From the NCBI GenBank assembly GCA_029882355.1, contig JAOUKV010000007.1, positions 10,114-74,113 of the forward strand: 64,000 nt of DNA, read 5' to 3'. Below are positions 31,205 to 41,987 of this stretch, piece by piece; the stretch's first letter is position 1, and each line of letters starts with the position of its first letter. The translations under genes were made by a program, and so were the position numbers. Below the pieces are notes generated by a model, which worked only from the letters and a program-made list of their open reading frames with translations, was not told where the DNA came from and did no database searches. Source of the DNA: Gammaproteobacteria bacterium (GTDB lineage: Bacteria; Pseudomonadota; Gammaproteobacteria; SZUA-229).

Positions 31205-33085
31205 TTATTGAAAAACTTTAGAATTAATATGCACGTTAGCCTTTTCCCTGATAGCACTGAGCGCCGCGGTAAATTCTATATTTGATACATCCTGCTGCAA
31301 TTGTTTCTTAATCGTGTCAATCTGGGCCTGATCAATATTATCAGGGACATGAACCTCTTCCAGAATAACCAGTGCGACATCACCAGAGGACATAGCGACA
31401 TCATTAGCAACCACCTTACCCGCTTCAGGTGCAGACATATTAAAAGCCGCCTCCAAAATCATTGGATCTACCCTGGTAGTGTCTTTACGTGTCAGCATAT
31501 CCGATCTCTCAAGCTTGATACCTGCGCTGACAATATCTTTAACGGCTGCCTGCCCGGTATTGATTTTAGTTTTAGCTTCACGAGCAGCAGCCAGGGTATT
31601 TTCATGGCTCTTTTTAAGTTTCAAATTGTTTTCAATAGCGGAACGAACGCTATCCAAAGGCAACAAACTTGCTGGTTTACGATCCAATATACGCAAGACT
31701 AGAATATGCTCAGGTGTAATTTCTATCACATCACTGTTTGATTTATCCTCAAGGACTAGCTTGGAAAAAGCTGCAGCGCGAATTTTTTCATTATTGGCAA
31801 TACCGGCACCACTATTACGAGTAAAGTATTCACTAGTTTTTTGCTGAACCTTTAGCGCGTCAGTTACCGAAGATAGTGAATCAGAATTTTCATAAGCCGT
31901 TGTCGCCATAAGCTCGCTCAATTCATAAAACTTGTTACTAATCACTTCCTGCTTGAAAGTTTTTTCTAACTCAGCTCTCTTTTCCTGAAAAGGTTGAACC
32001 GGTTCACTTTGAATCTTTTCTAACTTGATCAAATGTAGACCAAACTGAGATTCAACAACATCACTAACTTCGCCCATTTTCAAGGCATAAAGCGCATCTT
32101 CAAACGGCTTCACCATCTGACCAGACTCTACCCAACCAAGATCACCGCCCTGTTTTGCCGAACCAATATCCTGTGAATACTTGCGTGCTAAATCATCAAA
32201 TGAAGCACCATCAGCCAACTGCTTTCTTATATCTGTGATTTGCGTACGAGCTGCAGCCTCATCCACATCCGTTTTCAAAAGTATATGTCTAGCTTTACGT
32301 TGTTCTTTTTGCGAAATAGATGCCACATATTCATCGTACATGGCCTTGATTTCAGCCTCATCAATTGCAACATCATTAGATAATGCACCACTCTCTAGCT
32401 CAACATACTCAATACTAATTTTCTCAGGCAACATATAACGATCTGAATCAACTTCATAGGCGGCCTTAATTTCCTCATCTGTCACCGTGATATCTGAAGA
32501 AAAATGATCAAGACTAAAAATCAAGGTACTAATTTTACGTTGCTGATTTTCAAGATCAGCTAATCGTCGAGCTTCTTCATCAGTAATAAAACTTGTATTA
32601 ATCAGGGCATCGATTACTTGCGTAATCTGCATATCACTTCTCAATTGATATTCCATTTGAGAAGCAGTCATTCCTTTAGATTGTAATATTTGATCCACAT
32701 ATGACCGATCAAATTTCCCATCCCGTGAGAAGACCTTTTTAATATTTTCGGTTAATTGTGCATCTGAAATACTGTAGCCAGAACTAACCGCTCTAGCTTC
32801 CAGTAATTTGCGATTTACTAACTGGTCCATAACGCGCTGTTTCAAAACTATATCTTCAAATGGCAGTTTGCCACCAAACTGCTCTTGCAGTTTCTGACGC
32901 TGATTAGAAAGCGTATATTCAAATTCACGTGGTGAAATTTCTATGTCATTGACTTTGGCCGCATACTGCTCGCCACCACCACCGATATAAGAGTTAATAC
33001 CCCAAAAAGCAAATGGAAGCGCAATTAACGCAACAATGGCAATACCTAACCAACCTTTAATTCGATCATTAATAGCTTGTAACAT
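31205..33085 (-). CDS. ppiD: Periplasmic chaperone / peptidyl-prolyl isomerase PpiD
   Basis: 626 aa with an N-terminal TM anchor, a parvulin-like domain (GGDLGWV) and the conserved hupB-ppiD neighbourhood. Confidence 0.9.
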   Translation of the reverse strand: MLQAINDRIKGWLGIAIVALIALPFAFWGINSYIGGGGEQYAAKVNDIEISPREFEYTLSNQRQKLQEQFGGKLPFEDIVLKQRVMDQLVNRKLLEARAVSSGYSISDAQLTENIKKVFSRDGKFDRSYVDQILQSKGMTASQMEYQLRSDMQITQVIDALINTSFITDEEARRLADLENQQRKISTLIFSLDHFSSDITVTDEEIKAAYEVDSDRYMLPEKISIEYVELESGALSNDVAIDEAEIKAMYDEYVASISQKEQRKARHILLKTDVDEAAARTQITDIRKQLADGASFDDLARKYSQDIGSAKQGGDLGWVESGQMVKPFEDALYALKMGEVSDVVESQFGLHLIKLEKIQSEPVQPFQEKRAELEKTFKQEVISNKFYELSELMATTAYENSDSLSSVTDALKVQQKTSEYFTRNSGAGIANNEKIRAAAFSKLVLEDKSNSDVIEITPEHILVLRILDRKPASLLPLDSVRSAIENNLKLKKSHENTLAAAREAKTKINTGQAAVKDIVSAGIKLERSDMLTRKDTTRVDPMILEAAFNMSAPEAGKVVANDVAMSSGDVALVILEEVHVPDNIDQAQIDTIKKQLQQDVSNIEFTAALSAIREKANVHINSKVFQ

Positions 33086-33208
33086 GAAACTGACCTTGTA
33101 TGGATTATATAAACGCGATATTAGCGCCTAGTCATTATTAGTGAAATGTCAGCTAACTAACTAATGTAAAAAATTAGCATTTACTTTAGTTAACTAAGAA
33201 ATTGGAAA

Positions 33209-33285
33209 TGGCGGACCGGACGGGACTCGAACCCGCGACCTCCGGCGTGACAGGCCGGCATTCTAACCAGCTGAACTACCGGTCC
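33209..33285 (-). tRNA. tRNA-Asp (GTC)
   Basis: Own fold: GGACCGG/CCGGTCC acceptor stem, anticodon loop CTGTCAC, T-loop TTCGAGT and encoded CCA. Confidence 0.9.
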
Positions 33286-33291
33286 TAAAAT

Positions 33292-33370
33292 TGGTGGGTG
33301 GTGAGGGATCGAAGCCCCGACGCTCACCTTGTAAGAGCGACGCTCTACCAGCTAAGCTTTTTAACCACCC
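33292..33370 (-). tRNA. tRNA-Val (TAC)-like with aberrant arms, possible pseudogene
   Basis: GGGTGGT/ACCACCC acceptor stem and anticodon loop CTTACAA are present. There is a 5-nt A-run between the acceptor stem and the D-stem, and the T-stem 3' strand is 1 nt short. Confidence 0.5.
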
Positions 33371-33385
33371 CGCCAAAAGTGCGCG

Positions 33386-33658
33386 CTAGTTTACGGCTTC
33401 TTTAAGCGCTTTGCCAGGCTTAAATGCAGGTACTTTAGCGGCTTTAATTTGAATTTCTGCACCAGTCTGTGGGTTACGACCTGTACGAGCTGAACGCTCA
33501 CGAACCAGGAAAGAACCAAAACCGACGATACTCACTTGATCGCCGCCTTTCATGGCACCAGTTATAACACTGATAACTGCGTCAAACGCACGAGTTGAGT
33601 CAGCTTTAGATAAACCAGCTGCTTCTGCAACTGCATCAATTAGTTCAGATTTATTCAT
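33386..33658 (-). CDS. hupB: DNA-binding protein HU-beta
   Basis: 90 aa; [19 protein letters not shown]...GFGSF...RNPQTGAEI is near-identical to HU. Confidence 0.95.
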   Translation of the reverse strand: MNKSELIDAVAEAAGLSKADSTRAFDAVISVITGAMKGGDQVSIVGFGSFLVRERSARTGRNPQTGAEIQIKAAKVPAFKPGKALKEAVN

Positions 33659-33894
33659 TATTGTTTCCTATGTATTTAAGATGATTTACTTTCTTATTTA
33701 TAATTGTATTTCAATACTTTTATATTTTTGCTCTTATTATGAGATGTCCATGGCTTTGAAATATAAACGCCGTGCATTTTATACCAGCCTGCTACTAGCC
33801 CTGTCAATGAAAAATGCAGGAAAAATGCGGCTTTCGCCTATTTTTAGCTCATCATCCATGATGAATTAATGTAGCAATCGCCGCTTTCAGGTCA

Positions 33895-36326
33895 TTAGTG
33901 ATGGTGTACTCTAACTCCAGATTTCTTTCCTTTTGTGCTTGTTTTTCTGTTACTTGCAGAGTCATCTTCAAGTGGAGTAGGCATTTTTTCAAGTGCTATT
34001 TCAAGTACTTCATCGATCCAGCGCACCGGCTTAATATCCAATTTAGACATAATGTTTTTTGGGATATCAACCAGGTCTTTTTCATTATCATGCGGAATAA
34101 TAATAACCTCGATGCCTGCACGATGAGCTGCCAACAGTTTTTCTTTAAGCCCACCAATAGGTAAAACTTCACCACGCAATGTAATCTCACCGGTCATCGC
34201 AACATTGGCATTAACAGGTATACCCGTTAGCGATGAAGCTAACGCAGTGCACATGCCGACACCAGCACTAGGACCATCTTTAGGTGTTGCACCTTCAGGC
34301 ACATGCACATGAATATCTTTATCATCTTGGAAATTACTAATCAGGCCTAACGACGCAGATCGACTACGAATCACCGTCATTGCAGCCTGGATAGATTCCT
34401 GCATAACATCACCCAACTGACCGGTGTGAGATAGTTTACCTTTACCCGGCATTACGGCCGACTCGATAGTTAATATTTCACCACCAACTTCGGTCCACGC
34501 CAACCATTAACCTGACCTATCTGATTGTGTTTCTCAGCCACGCCATAACGGAAACGTTTTACGCCCAGATATTTTTCAATATTTTTTGAGGTCACAGAGA
34601 CGACTTTGCTCTCTGGCTTGAGTACCATTTGTTTAACCACTTTACGACAAATCTTGGCCAGTTCTCGCTGCAAGCTACGAACACCCGCTTCACGAGTATA
34701 AAGTCGAACAATGTCTCTCAAGGCTGACTCATTAACCTGTAACTCACCATCTTTCAGGCCATTTTCTTCCAGCTGCTTAGGCAATAAATATTTTGTTGCT
34801 ATAGCCACTTTTTCATCTTCGGTATAACCCGGTAGGCGAATCACTTCCATACGATCCAGCAAAGGCGCGGGGATATTCATACTATTCGATGTCGCAACGA
34901 ACATCACGTCAGAGAGATCAAAATCGACTTCTAAATAATGATCGGAAAAGGTGTGATTTTGTTCTGGGTCAAGCACTTCTAACAAAGCTGATGCAGGATC
35001 ACCCCTGAAATCTGCCGCCATCTTGTCAATTTCATCCAGCAAAAACAATGGATTACGAGTACCAACCTTGCTCAAGTTCTGAATCACCTTACCTGGCAGG
35101 GAGCCAATATAAGTCCGGCGATGACCACGAATTTCAGACTCATCGCGTACACCGCCTAAAGACATACGGGTATATTTACGATTAGTTGCACGCGCGATAG
35201 ATTCACCTAGTGACGTTTTACCTACACCCGGTGGTCCCACCAAACACAAAATAGGTCCTTTGAGTTTTTTCACGCGCTGCTGTACTGCAAGATATTCGAG
35301 AATGCGTTCCTTAACTTTTTCAAGACCATAATGATCATCATTGAGCACCTGTTCGGCGCCCGCAAGATCACGTCGTATTTTTGATTTTTTCTTCCAGGGA
35401 CAATCCGCCAACCAATCAATGTAGTTTCTAACTACAGTCGCTTCTGCAGACATCGGCGACATCATTTTTAGTTTATTAAGTTCACTAGTGGCCTTCTTTT
35501 CAGCCTCTTTACTCATACCCGCTTCGGCAATGCGTTTTTCAAGCTCTTCAACTTCATTGGGCACATCATCCATATCACCTAATTCTTTCTGAATCGCTTT
35601 CATCTGCTCATTCAAATAATACTCGCGCTGACTTTTTTCCATCTGCTGCTTAACTCGTCCGCGAATACGCTTTTCGATTTGTAACAAATCAATTTCAGCA
35701 TCGATCAAACTCATTAGATATTCAAGTCGCGCATGCACACTGGAAATTTCAAGAATTTTCTGTTTTTCATCCAGCTTTAGCGACATGTGTGCCGCAATGG
35801 TATCGGATAATCTTGAGGGTTCGTCAATACCCGCCAATGAGGTTAAAATTTCAGCAGGTACTTTTTTATTGAGTTTCACATACTGATCGAAGACGTTCAG
35901 GATAGAACGCGACAAAATATCGATTTCACGATCATCTTCATCTGTAACCTCATCCAGCGCTGAATAATTAGCGACAAAAAAATCACCTCTTTCATGCAGG
36001 CCTTCAACTTTTGCTCGCTGCACGCCTTCTACTAAAACTTTAATAGTTCCATCGGGTAATTTTAACAACTGAAGAATCGTCGCCAATGTGCCAATTTCAT
36101 GCACATCATCAATGCCGGGCTCGTCGATATCCGCACTTTTCTGAGCAATCAATAAAATCTTTTTATCACCCTGCATTGCTGTATCGAGTGCATGAATTGA
36201 TTTTTCGCGCCCGACAAACAAAGGGATAACCATATGGGGATAAACCACAACATCACGTAACGGTAAAACCGGAATTTCAGTTGTCACGGATGAGCTGGAT
36301 TGATCTTTATCACTTGAACTGGCCAT
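33895..36326 (-). CDS. lon: ATP-dependent protease Lon, reading frame split by an apparent 1-nt deletion near 34500-34504
   Basis: ORF 34470..36326 carries the Lon N-terminal domain and AAA+ module (GPPGVGKTS). ORF 33895..34503 carries the S16 protease domain with catalytic PKDGPSAG. E. coli has the contiguous sequence [12 protein letters not shown], but here the frame breaks between QVNG and LAWTEVGG. Confidence 0.9.
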
Positions 36327-36435
36327 GTATGCCTCTATATATTATGGATTCTTTTACACCAGTGGGGGCAGCTTGCTGGGATTTCAAGTGCCCTACAACA
36401 CACAAGCAGAATTAATTAGCGGTCAGGCAAAACTC

Positions 36436-37719
36436 TTACTCTTGAGAAACCTGCTTCTTATCACCACCTTCATAAACTAGCAGTGGTTGATTATCGCCCG
36501 CAACCACCGAAGCATCGATGACTACTTTAGATACGTCATTCTGTGAAGGAAGCTCATACATAGTATTTAGTAGAATATTTTCCAGAATAGTACGTAAACC
36601 ACGAGCACCTGTTTTACGCTCCATCGCTTTTTTGGCGATGGCATGCAGGGCATCGTTACGAAGCTCAAGCTCACTACCTTCCATTTCGATCATTTTGGAA
36701 TATTGTTTGACCAGTGCATTTTTAGGCTCAGTAAGAATAGTCACAAGTGCATCTTCATCCAGCTCGTTCAGTGTAGCCACTACCGGCAGGCGTCCAACGA
36801 ACTCAGGAATCAAACCATATTGAATCAGGTCATCTGCTTCCAGATCATCCAGCACATCACTGAACTGACGTCTTTTATCCTTATCAACTGAGCGTACTTC
36901 AGCACCAAATCCAATACCACCTTTCTCTGAGCGATGGCGAATGACCTTATCCAGTCCTGAAAATGCTCCGCCGCAAATAAATAAGATACTGCCAGTATCG
37001 ACCTGTAGAAACTCTTGCTGAGGATGCTTACGTCCACCTTGAGGCGGCACCGAGGCGATCGTGCCCTCAATCAGCTTCAACAGTGCTTGCTGAACGCCCT
37101 CGCCAGATACATCGCGGGTAATAGAAGGGTTATCAGATTTGCGTGAAATTTTATCGATTTCATCGATATAAACGATACCGGTCTGTGCTTTTTCAACATC
37201 ATAATCGCATTTTTGCAGCAATTTCTGGATGATGTTTTCCACATCTTCACCGACGTAACCCGCTTCGGTCAGTGTGGTTGCATCAGCGATAGTAAAAGGT
37301 ACGTCGAGTAAACGAGCCAGTGTCTCAGCCAGAAGGGTCTTACCCGAACCAGTTGGGCCAATCAGCAAAATATTGCTCTTGGAAAGCTCTATTTCATCCT
37401 TCTTATGTTTAACTTCCAGACGTTTGTAATGGTTATATACTGCAACAGCCAAAACTTTTTTAGCTTTTTCCTGACCAATGACATAATCGTTAAGAAGGTC
37501 ATTAATTTCGTGCGGGGTTGGTAACTTTCGAATTGCCGATGAGGCTTCCTCTTCCATCTCCTCAAGAATAATGTCATTACACAGTTCAACACATTCATCA
37601 CAGACATAAACTGAAGGACCTGCAATCAGTTTTTTTACTTCGTGCTGACTCTTACCGCAGAAAGAGCAGTAGAGTAGTTTTTCAGAATCGTTACCAGAAT
37701 GGTTTTTATCGTCGCTCAT
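36436..37719 (-). CDS. clpX: ATP-dependent Clp protease ATP-binding subunit ClpX
   Basis: 427 aa with a zinc-binding CSFCGK...CDEC motif and Walker A GPTGSGKT. Confidence 0.95.
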   Translation of the reverse strand: MSDDKNHSGNDSEKLLYCSFCGKSQHEVKKLIAGPSVYVCDECVELCNDIILEEMEEEASSAIRKLPTPHEINDLLNDYVIGQEKAKKVLAVAVYNHYKRLEVKHKKDEIELSKSNILLIGPTGSGKTLLAETLARLLDVPFTIADATTLTEAGYVGEDVENIIQKLLQKCDYDVEKAQTGIVYIDEIDKISRKSDNPSITRDVSGEGVQQALLKLIEGTIASVPPQGGRKHPQQEFLQVDTGSILFICGGAFSGLDKVIRHRSEKGGIGFGAEVRSVDKDKRRQFSDVLDDLEADDLIQYGLIPEFVGRLPVVATLNELDEDALVTILTEPKNALVKQYSKMIEMEGSELELRNDALHAIAKKAMERKTGARGLRTILENILLNTMYELPSQNDVSKVVIDASVVAGDNQPLLVYEGGDKKQVSQE

Positions 37720-37891
37720 CTAGTTATCAAACCTCAGGCTTAGCCTCGTTATCTGTTGCACCTTGCTTTAACAGTGTAAGAGCAGCAAGGCCTTAATTGT
37801 AGGTATAACGTCAATATATAGCCCATGAGCGTCATTTCAACAGAAAATCAAGCCTGAAAAAACCTTTTTTCAAGGGGAAATAATACTGACT

Positions 37892-38533
37892 TTAAATTCT
37901 TTTCTCTAATACTTCGTCGATCAGACCGTATTCTTTAGCTTGTTCCGAGCCCATGAAGTTATCACGCTCAGTGTCATTATCGATGGTCTCGATGTCCTGA
38001 CCGGTGTGATGCGCTAACAAACGATTCAGTTGCTCACGAATTTTAAGAATTTCACGGGCATGGATATCGATATCTGAGGCCTGCCCCTGAAAACCACCCA
38101 AAGGCTGGTGAATCATCACTCTGGAATTAGGCAAAGCAAAACGCTTACCCTTGGCACCACCTGCCAGTAAAAAAGCACCCATACTGGCAGCCTGGCCGAT
38201 ACATAAGGTACTGATCTCAGGCTTAATAAACTGCATGGTGTCATAAATAGCCATACCAGCAGTCACCGATCCACCCGGAGAATTGATGTAAACGGAAATA
38301 TCCTTATCCGGGTTTTCTGACTCTAAAAACAACAACTGAGCCACAATCAAATTGGCCATATGATCTTCAATCGGGCCAACAATGAAAATAACTCGTTCTT
38401 TTAACAGGCGTGAATAGATATCGTACGAACGTTCACCGCGCGCAGTTTGCTCTACCACCATTGGAATTAGTCCCAATGCTTCAGTTTCAAGCGCGCCACC
38501 GGTGTGACCATTAAATTGTGAAAATTTATGCAT
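37892..38533 (-). CDS. clpP: ATP-dependent Clp protease proteolytic subunit ClpP
   Basis: 213 aa with a catalytic Ser in GQAASMGA; [17 protein letters not shown] is conserved. Confidence 0.95.
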   Translation of the reverse strand: MHKFSQFNGHTGGALETEALGLIPMVVEQTARGERSYDIYSRLLKERVIFIVGPIEDHMANLIVAQLLFLESENPDKDISVYINSPGGSVTAGMAIYDTMQFIKPEISTLCIGQAASMGAFLLAGGAKGKRFALPNSRVMIHQPLGGFQGQASDIDIHAREILKIREQLNRLLAHHTGQDIETIDNDTERDNFMGSEQAKEYGLIDEVLEKRI

Positions 38534-38545
38534 GCCTTATACCTG

Positions 38546-39832
38546 TTAAATAGTTGATGTAGGCTTCATTACCTCATCAAATGAACTCTCAACGGTTGAA
38601 ACTTTAGCCTGATCTGCTACCCAGTCAACAATCATATCTTCAATCATCAGGGATTCAACACCACGCATCATCTGTGGATTACTCTTATAATAATTCACAA
38701 ACTCGCTTGAATCTTCATAATCTTTAGCCATCAGCTCAAGACGTTCATCAATTTTACTCGGATCAAGCTGCACACCGGAAAGTTTAACCAGATCACCCAA
38801 AATCATACCCAGTTTAACTCGACGCTCTGCATCAGCCATGAATGCATCAACAGGCTCATTACCACCTGTTTGCGCACTAGCTTGCTGCTTCAGCGTTTCA
38901 GCTTCTTCCAGTACAATGGCTTTAGGCACTAGAATGGAATTCACAATCAACAATTGATCCATCACTTTAGATTTCAAATCACTCGCAATACGGTTATCCA
39001 GTTCACGTTGCATGTTGTTCCTAACATCTTCACGCAATTTTTCCAGACCGCCCTCTTCAATACCAAAATCTTTGGCAAAGGCATCATCCAGTACTGGTAA
39101 CTCAGAAACTTCAACCTTAGATACAGTGATTGCAAACTCGGCAGGTTTACCTGCTAAATTTGCCGCTGAATAATCCTCAGGGAAAGAAACGGTGATAGTA
39201 GATTCAGCATCTTTAGCCAAACCAATAATTTGCTCTTCAAAACCGGGGATCATACCGTTCGACCCAATCACTAAAGGCACATTGTCAGCAGAACCACCTT
39301 CAAACAGCTCACCATCAATACTGCCTTTAAAACTGATGGTCACGCGATCACCGTCTTCAGCAGCGCGATCGACCTCACTCCAGCTGGCTTTTTGCTTACG
39401 CAAAGTTTCCAGCAAACCTTCAACATCCGCATCCTTGATCTCAGCGACCAGTTTATCGATTTTTATATCACCAACGGGAGCAAGCACCAGCTCTGGATAA
39501 ATCTCAAAAGTTGCAATGTATTCAAGAGGCTTGCCAAGCTCAAAGCTTTTAGGCTCGATAGCAGGGTCACTAGCAGGGCGTAGATTTTCCTGAGTTACCG
39601 CATCACGGAATGTGTTCTGAATGACTTCACCAGCCACTTCCTGAAACACCTGGGTCGCATAACGCTTCTTAACGACACTAAACGGAACCTTGCCCGGACG
39701 AAAGCCATCTACTTTAACTTGATGACGCATTGATTGAAGTCGGCTCTCAACTTGAGCATCAACTGTCTCTGCTGGCACCTGAACCGTCAATTTGCGCTCA
39801 AGACCTTCCCCTGTTTCAACTGAAACTTGCAT
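38546..39832 (-). CDS. tig: Trigger factor
   Basis: 428 aa, MQVSVETGEGLERKLTVQVPA, with an FKBP-type PPIase middle domain; tig-clpP-clpX-lon order. Confidence 0.95.
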   Translation of the reverse strand: MQVSVETGEGLERKLTVQVPAETVDAQVESRLQSMRHQVKVDGFRPGKVPFSVVKKRYATQVFQEVAGEVIQNTFRDAVTQENLRPASDPAIEPKSFELGKPLEYIATFEIYPELVLAPVGDIKIDKLVAEIKDADVEGLLETLRKQKASWSEVDRAAEDGDRVTISFKGSIDGELFEGGSADNVPLVIGSNGMIPGFEEQIIGLAKDAESTITVSFPEDYSAANLAGKPAEFAITVSKVEVSELPVLDDAFAKDFGIEEGGLEKLREDVRNNMQRELDNRIASDLKSKVMDQLLIVNSILVPKAIVLEEAETLKQQASAQTGGNEPVDAFMADAERRVKLGMILGDLVKLSGVQLDPSKIDERLELMAKDYEDSSEFVNYYKSNPQMMRGVESLMIEDMIVDWVADQAKVSTVESSFDEVMKPTSTI

Positions 39833-39878
39833 AGATACCTCAGTGTATGTACTTAATTTTTAAGAAGAAATAATAATA

Positions 39879-39962
<84 letters not shown>

Positions 39963-40123
39963 ATGTGTGGGTGCGAATCATATCAAAAAAAAGCACGTTG
40001 CACGGCCTTATTCAGAATAAATTCAGCAATTTTTTGACATTTTATAGTTATATATCCAATAACCCAGGAACTTGTACGATAAAGACAGATTTAACGACTA
40101 GTGCTTGATGATCGTAACTAAAA

Positions 40124-40169
40124 ATGGTGGGTCGTGAGAGACTTGAACTCTCGACCAAGAGATTAAGAG
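40124..40169 (-). repeat. Truncated copy of tRNA-Lys 3' half (46-bp perfect direct repeat of 42994..43039), candidate attR/attL
   Basis: atggtgggtcgtgagagacttgaactctcgaccaagagattaagag is identical at both loci and covers tRNA positions 32-76. Confidence 0.85.
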
Positions 40170-40378
40170 AACTTCGTGCCCAAATATCGTTGTTTTCAAA
40201 ACAACAACTTACCAATCCACTCAATCACTTACATTCTATAGCGGTGATCTGAGTGCACTCTAACAACAATAAGAGCGTCCGTAATCAGACCCTGAGCGCC
40301 CCTAAACCGTCCCTTGAGCTACCACTTGCTAATGAGTCGGGGATACTACCTGATGGCCGGGTCAAGTGGAAGGTTGCA

Positions 40379-40657
40379 ATGAACAATAAACTTAGAAAAA
40401 AGCCTGCTATTGATAAAGATGGTTACATGCGACTACTGTATAACGAGTACCCAAGCATTCAACCAGTGAACATAAAAATCGGTGATTATCCAATGAAAAG
40501 TCTGCCGGAAGATCAGGCTAAAGAAGCATTCTCAGCACTTGGCTCCAGCTCAAAAACTTTTATTGAATCACTATACAAGTCAGGCATGATTGGCGGGCTA
40601 CGTTCAATCACCCACGTTAAAACTAAAGACCAGGAATGGCCGATAACTGATATTTAA
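40379..40657 (+). CDS. Hypothetical protein (about 93 aa) inside the tRNA-Lys-bounded islet
   Basis: Track ORF 40253..40657. The likely start is MNNKLRKKPAID, with GGAAGG 5 nt upstream. No domain recognised. The stop lies 28 bp before the IS30 left inverted repeat. Confidence 0.4.
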   Translation: MNNKLRKKPAIDKDGYMRLLYNEYPSIQPVNIKIGDYPMKSLPEDQAKEAFSALGSSSKTFIESLYKSGMIGGLRSITHVKTKDQEWPITDI

Positions 40658-40685
40658 GATGAAGTTAGTGCCGAAGTCTGCTTTC

Positions 40686-41920
40686 GGCGGTGACCTCAAC
40701 CGGTCGACGCAACACATGCGTTAAATCTCTCTGCTGGTGTTTCAAATTCTAATGTTTTTCTTGGTCGCTCGTTTAGCTGACGAGCCACAGCATTGAGCTT
40801 TGTTTGTGAGTGTACCGCTAAGTCAGTTCCTTTTGGAAAATATTGTCGGAGTAACCGATTGGTATTTTCATTAGAACCTCGTTGCCAGGGACTACGTGGA
40901 TCACAAAAATAAACATCAATGTCAGTCTCTAGAGTAAACCGTTTGTGATCGGCCAGTTCTTTCCCTCTATCCCAGGTCAGTGATTTGTATAATTCATCCG
41001 GTAGTTTCTTTGATTGTTTTATCAGTGCGGATACGACACTCTTGGTATCTTTATTTTTAACTTTAGCTAGCATGACGTAACGTGTGTGTCGTTCAACTAA
41101 AGTGGCGATGTAACTATTATTTGAGCCTGCAATAAGGTCACCTTCCCAATGTCCGGGCACGGCTCTATCTTCTACAGATGCAGGCCGCTCACTAATCGAT
41201 ACGGCATCTTTGATTTTTCCAAGGCCATCTTTCTTGAGGCTGGCATGTTGAGAGCGGCGTATCGCTCGTTGAGTCCTGAGGTACTGCTGTAGCTCCTTTT
41301 TAAGCACACCACGGGTTTGAATAAATAAACTTCGGTAGATAGTCTCGTGTGACACTTGGCTGCTCTCATTGTTGGGGTAGGTTCTTTTTAGCCATCCCGC
41401 TATTTGTTCAGGTGACCAGTTTTTCATGAGCTTTGCCGCCACTTTTCGACTTAGCGATGGGTGAGTCGCGAGTTTACACAGCTTGGGGCGACAGGCTCGA
41501 TCCCAGGCGGCTTGATCAGCATGTGCAGCTCGATAGTCATCATAACCACCATTGCGTTTAATTTCACGACTGATGGTTGAAGGTGAACGGTTTAATTGCG
41601 ACGCGATTGAGCGTAATGATCGCTGACAGACGATGCCTCTTGAAATCTCTTCACGCTCAGAAATCGTCAGGGCAAGTTTTGATCGTACACGAGGTGCAGG
41701 TCGAATGCCTCCACTGGGTGACAGTATGCTAAAGATTGAGGATGATTCTCTATCAAATAGCCGACCAATTGAACTTTGGGATTCACCTCGTTGCCAGCGA
41801 TTCCATATTTCGTTCTTTTGTTCAGTGGTGTATTTTATTCGTGTTCTGTAGGCCATTTACAACACTCCATCTTTTTAATTAAAGATTATAGTGTTGCGTT
41901 GACCGGTTGAGGTCACCGCC
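40686..41920 (-). mobile_element. IS30-family insertion sequence (1235 bp) with 30-bp terminal inverted repeats
   Basis: IR-L at 40686..40715 (GGCGGTGACCTCAACCGGTCGACGCAACAC) and IR-R at 41891..41920 (reverse complement, 29/30 identical) flank a single transposase ORF. Confidence 0.9.
40696..41856 (-). CDS. IS30-family transposase
   Basis: 386 aa with an N-terminal HTH (WQRGESQSSIGRLF), a DDE integrase core (HWEGDLI...) and a C-terminal ETPAERFN motif typical of IS30 transposases. Confidence 0.9.
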   Translation of the reverse strand: MAYRTRIKYTTEQKNEIWNRWQRGESQSSIGRLFDRESSSIFSILSPSGGIRPAPRVRSKLALTISEREEISRGIVCQRSLRSIASQLNRSPSTISREIKRNGGYDDYRAAHADQAAWDRACRPKLCKLATHPSLSRKVAAKLMKNWSPEQIAGWLKRTYPNNESSQVSHETIYRSLFIQTRGVLKKELQQYLRTQRAIRRSQHASLKKDGLGKIKDAVSISERPASVEDRAVPGHWEGDLIAGSNNSYIATLVERHTRYVMLAKVKNKDTKSVVSALIKQSKKLPDELYKSLTWDRGKELADHKRFTLETDIDVYFCDPRSPWQRGSNENTNRLLRQYFPKGTDLAVHSQTKLNAVARQLNERPRKTLEFETPAERFNACVASTG

Positions 41921-41943
41921 AATAGCGGACGTTCGACCTAAAT

Positions 41944-41976
41944 AAAAAAGGCGACTTAAAAGCCGCCTTTTTATAG
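41944..41976. terminator. Rho-independent terminator downstream of the PEP-CTERM gene
   Basis: AAAAAGGCGACTTAAAAGCCGCCTTTTTAT: a GC-rich stem with flanking A- and T-tracts, 15 nt after the stop at 41988. Confidence 0.65.
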
Positions 41977-41987
41977 AGCCATATGAT

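Noticed and set aside
33552-33869. 105 aa plus-strand ORF in the hupB-lon spacer
   Set aside because: AT-rich promoter DNA with a low-complexity product (IYFLIYNCISILLYF). It overlaps the hupB 5' end.
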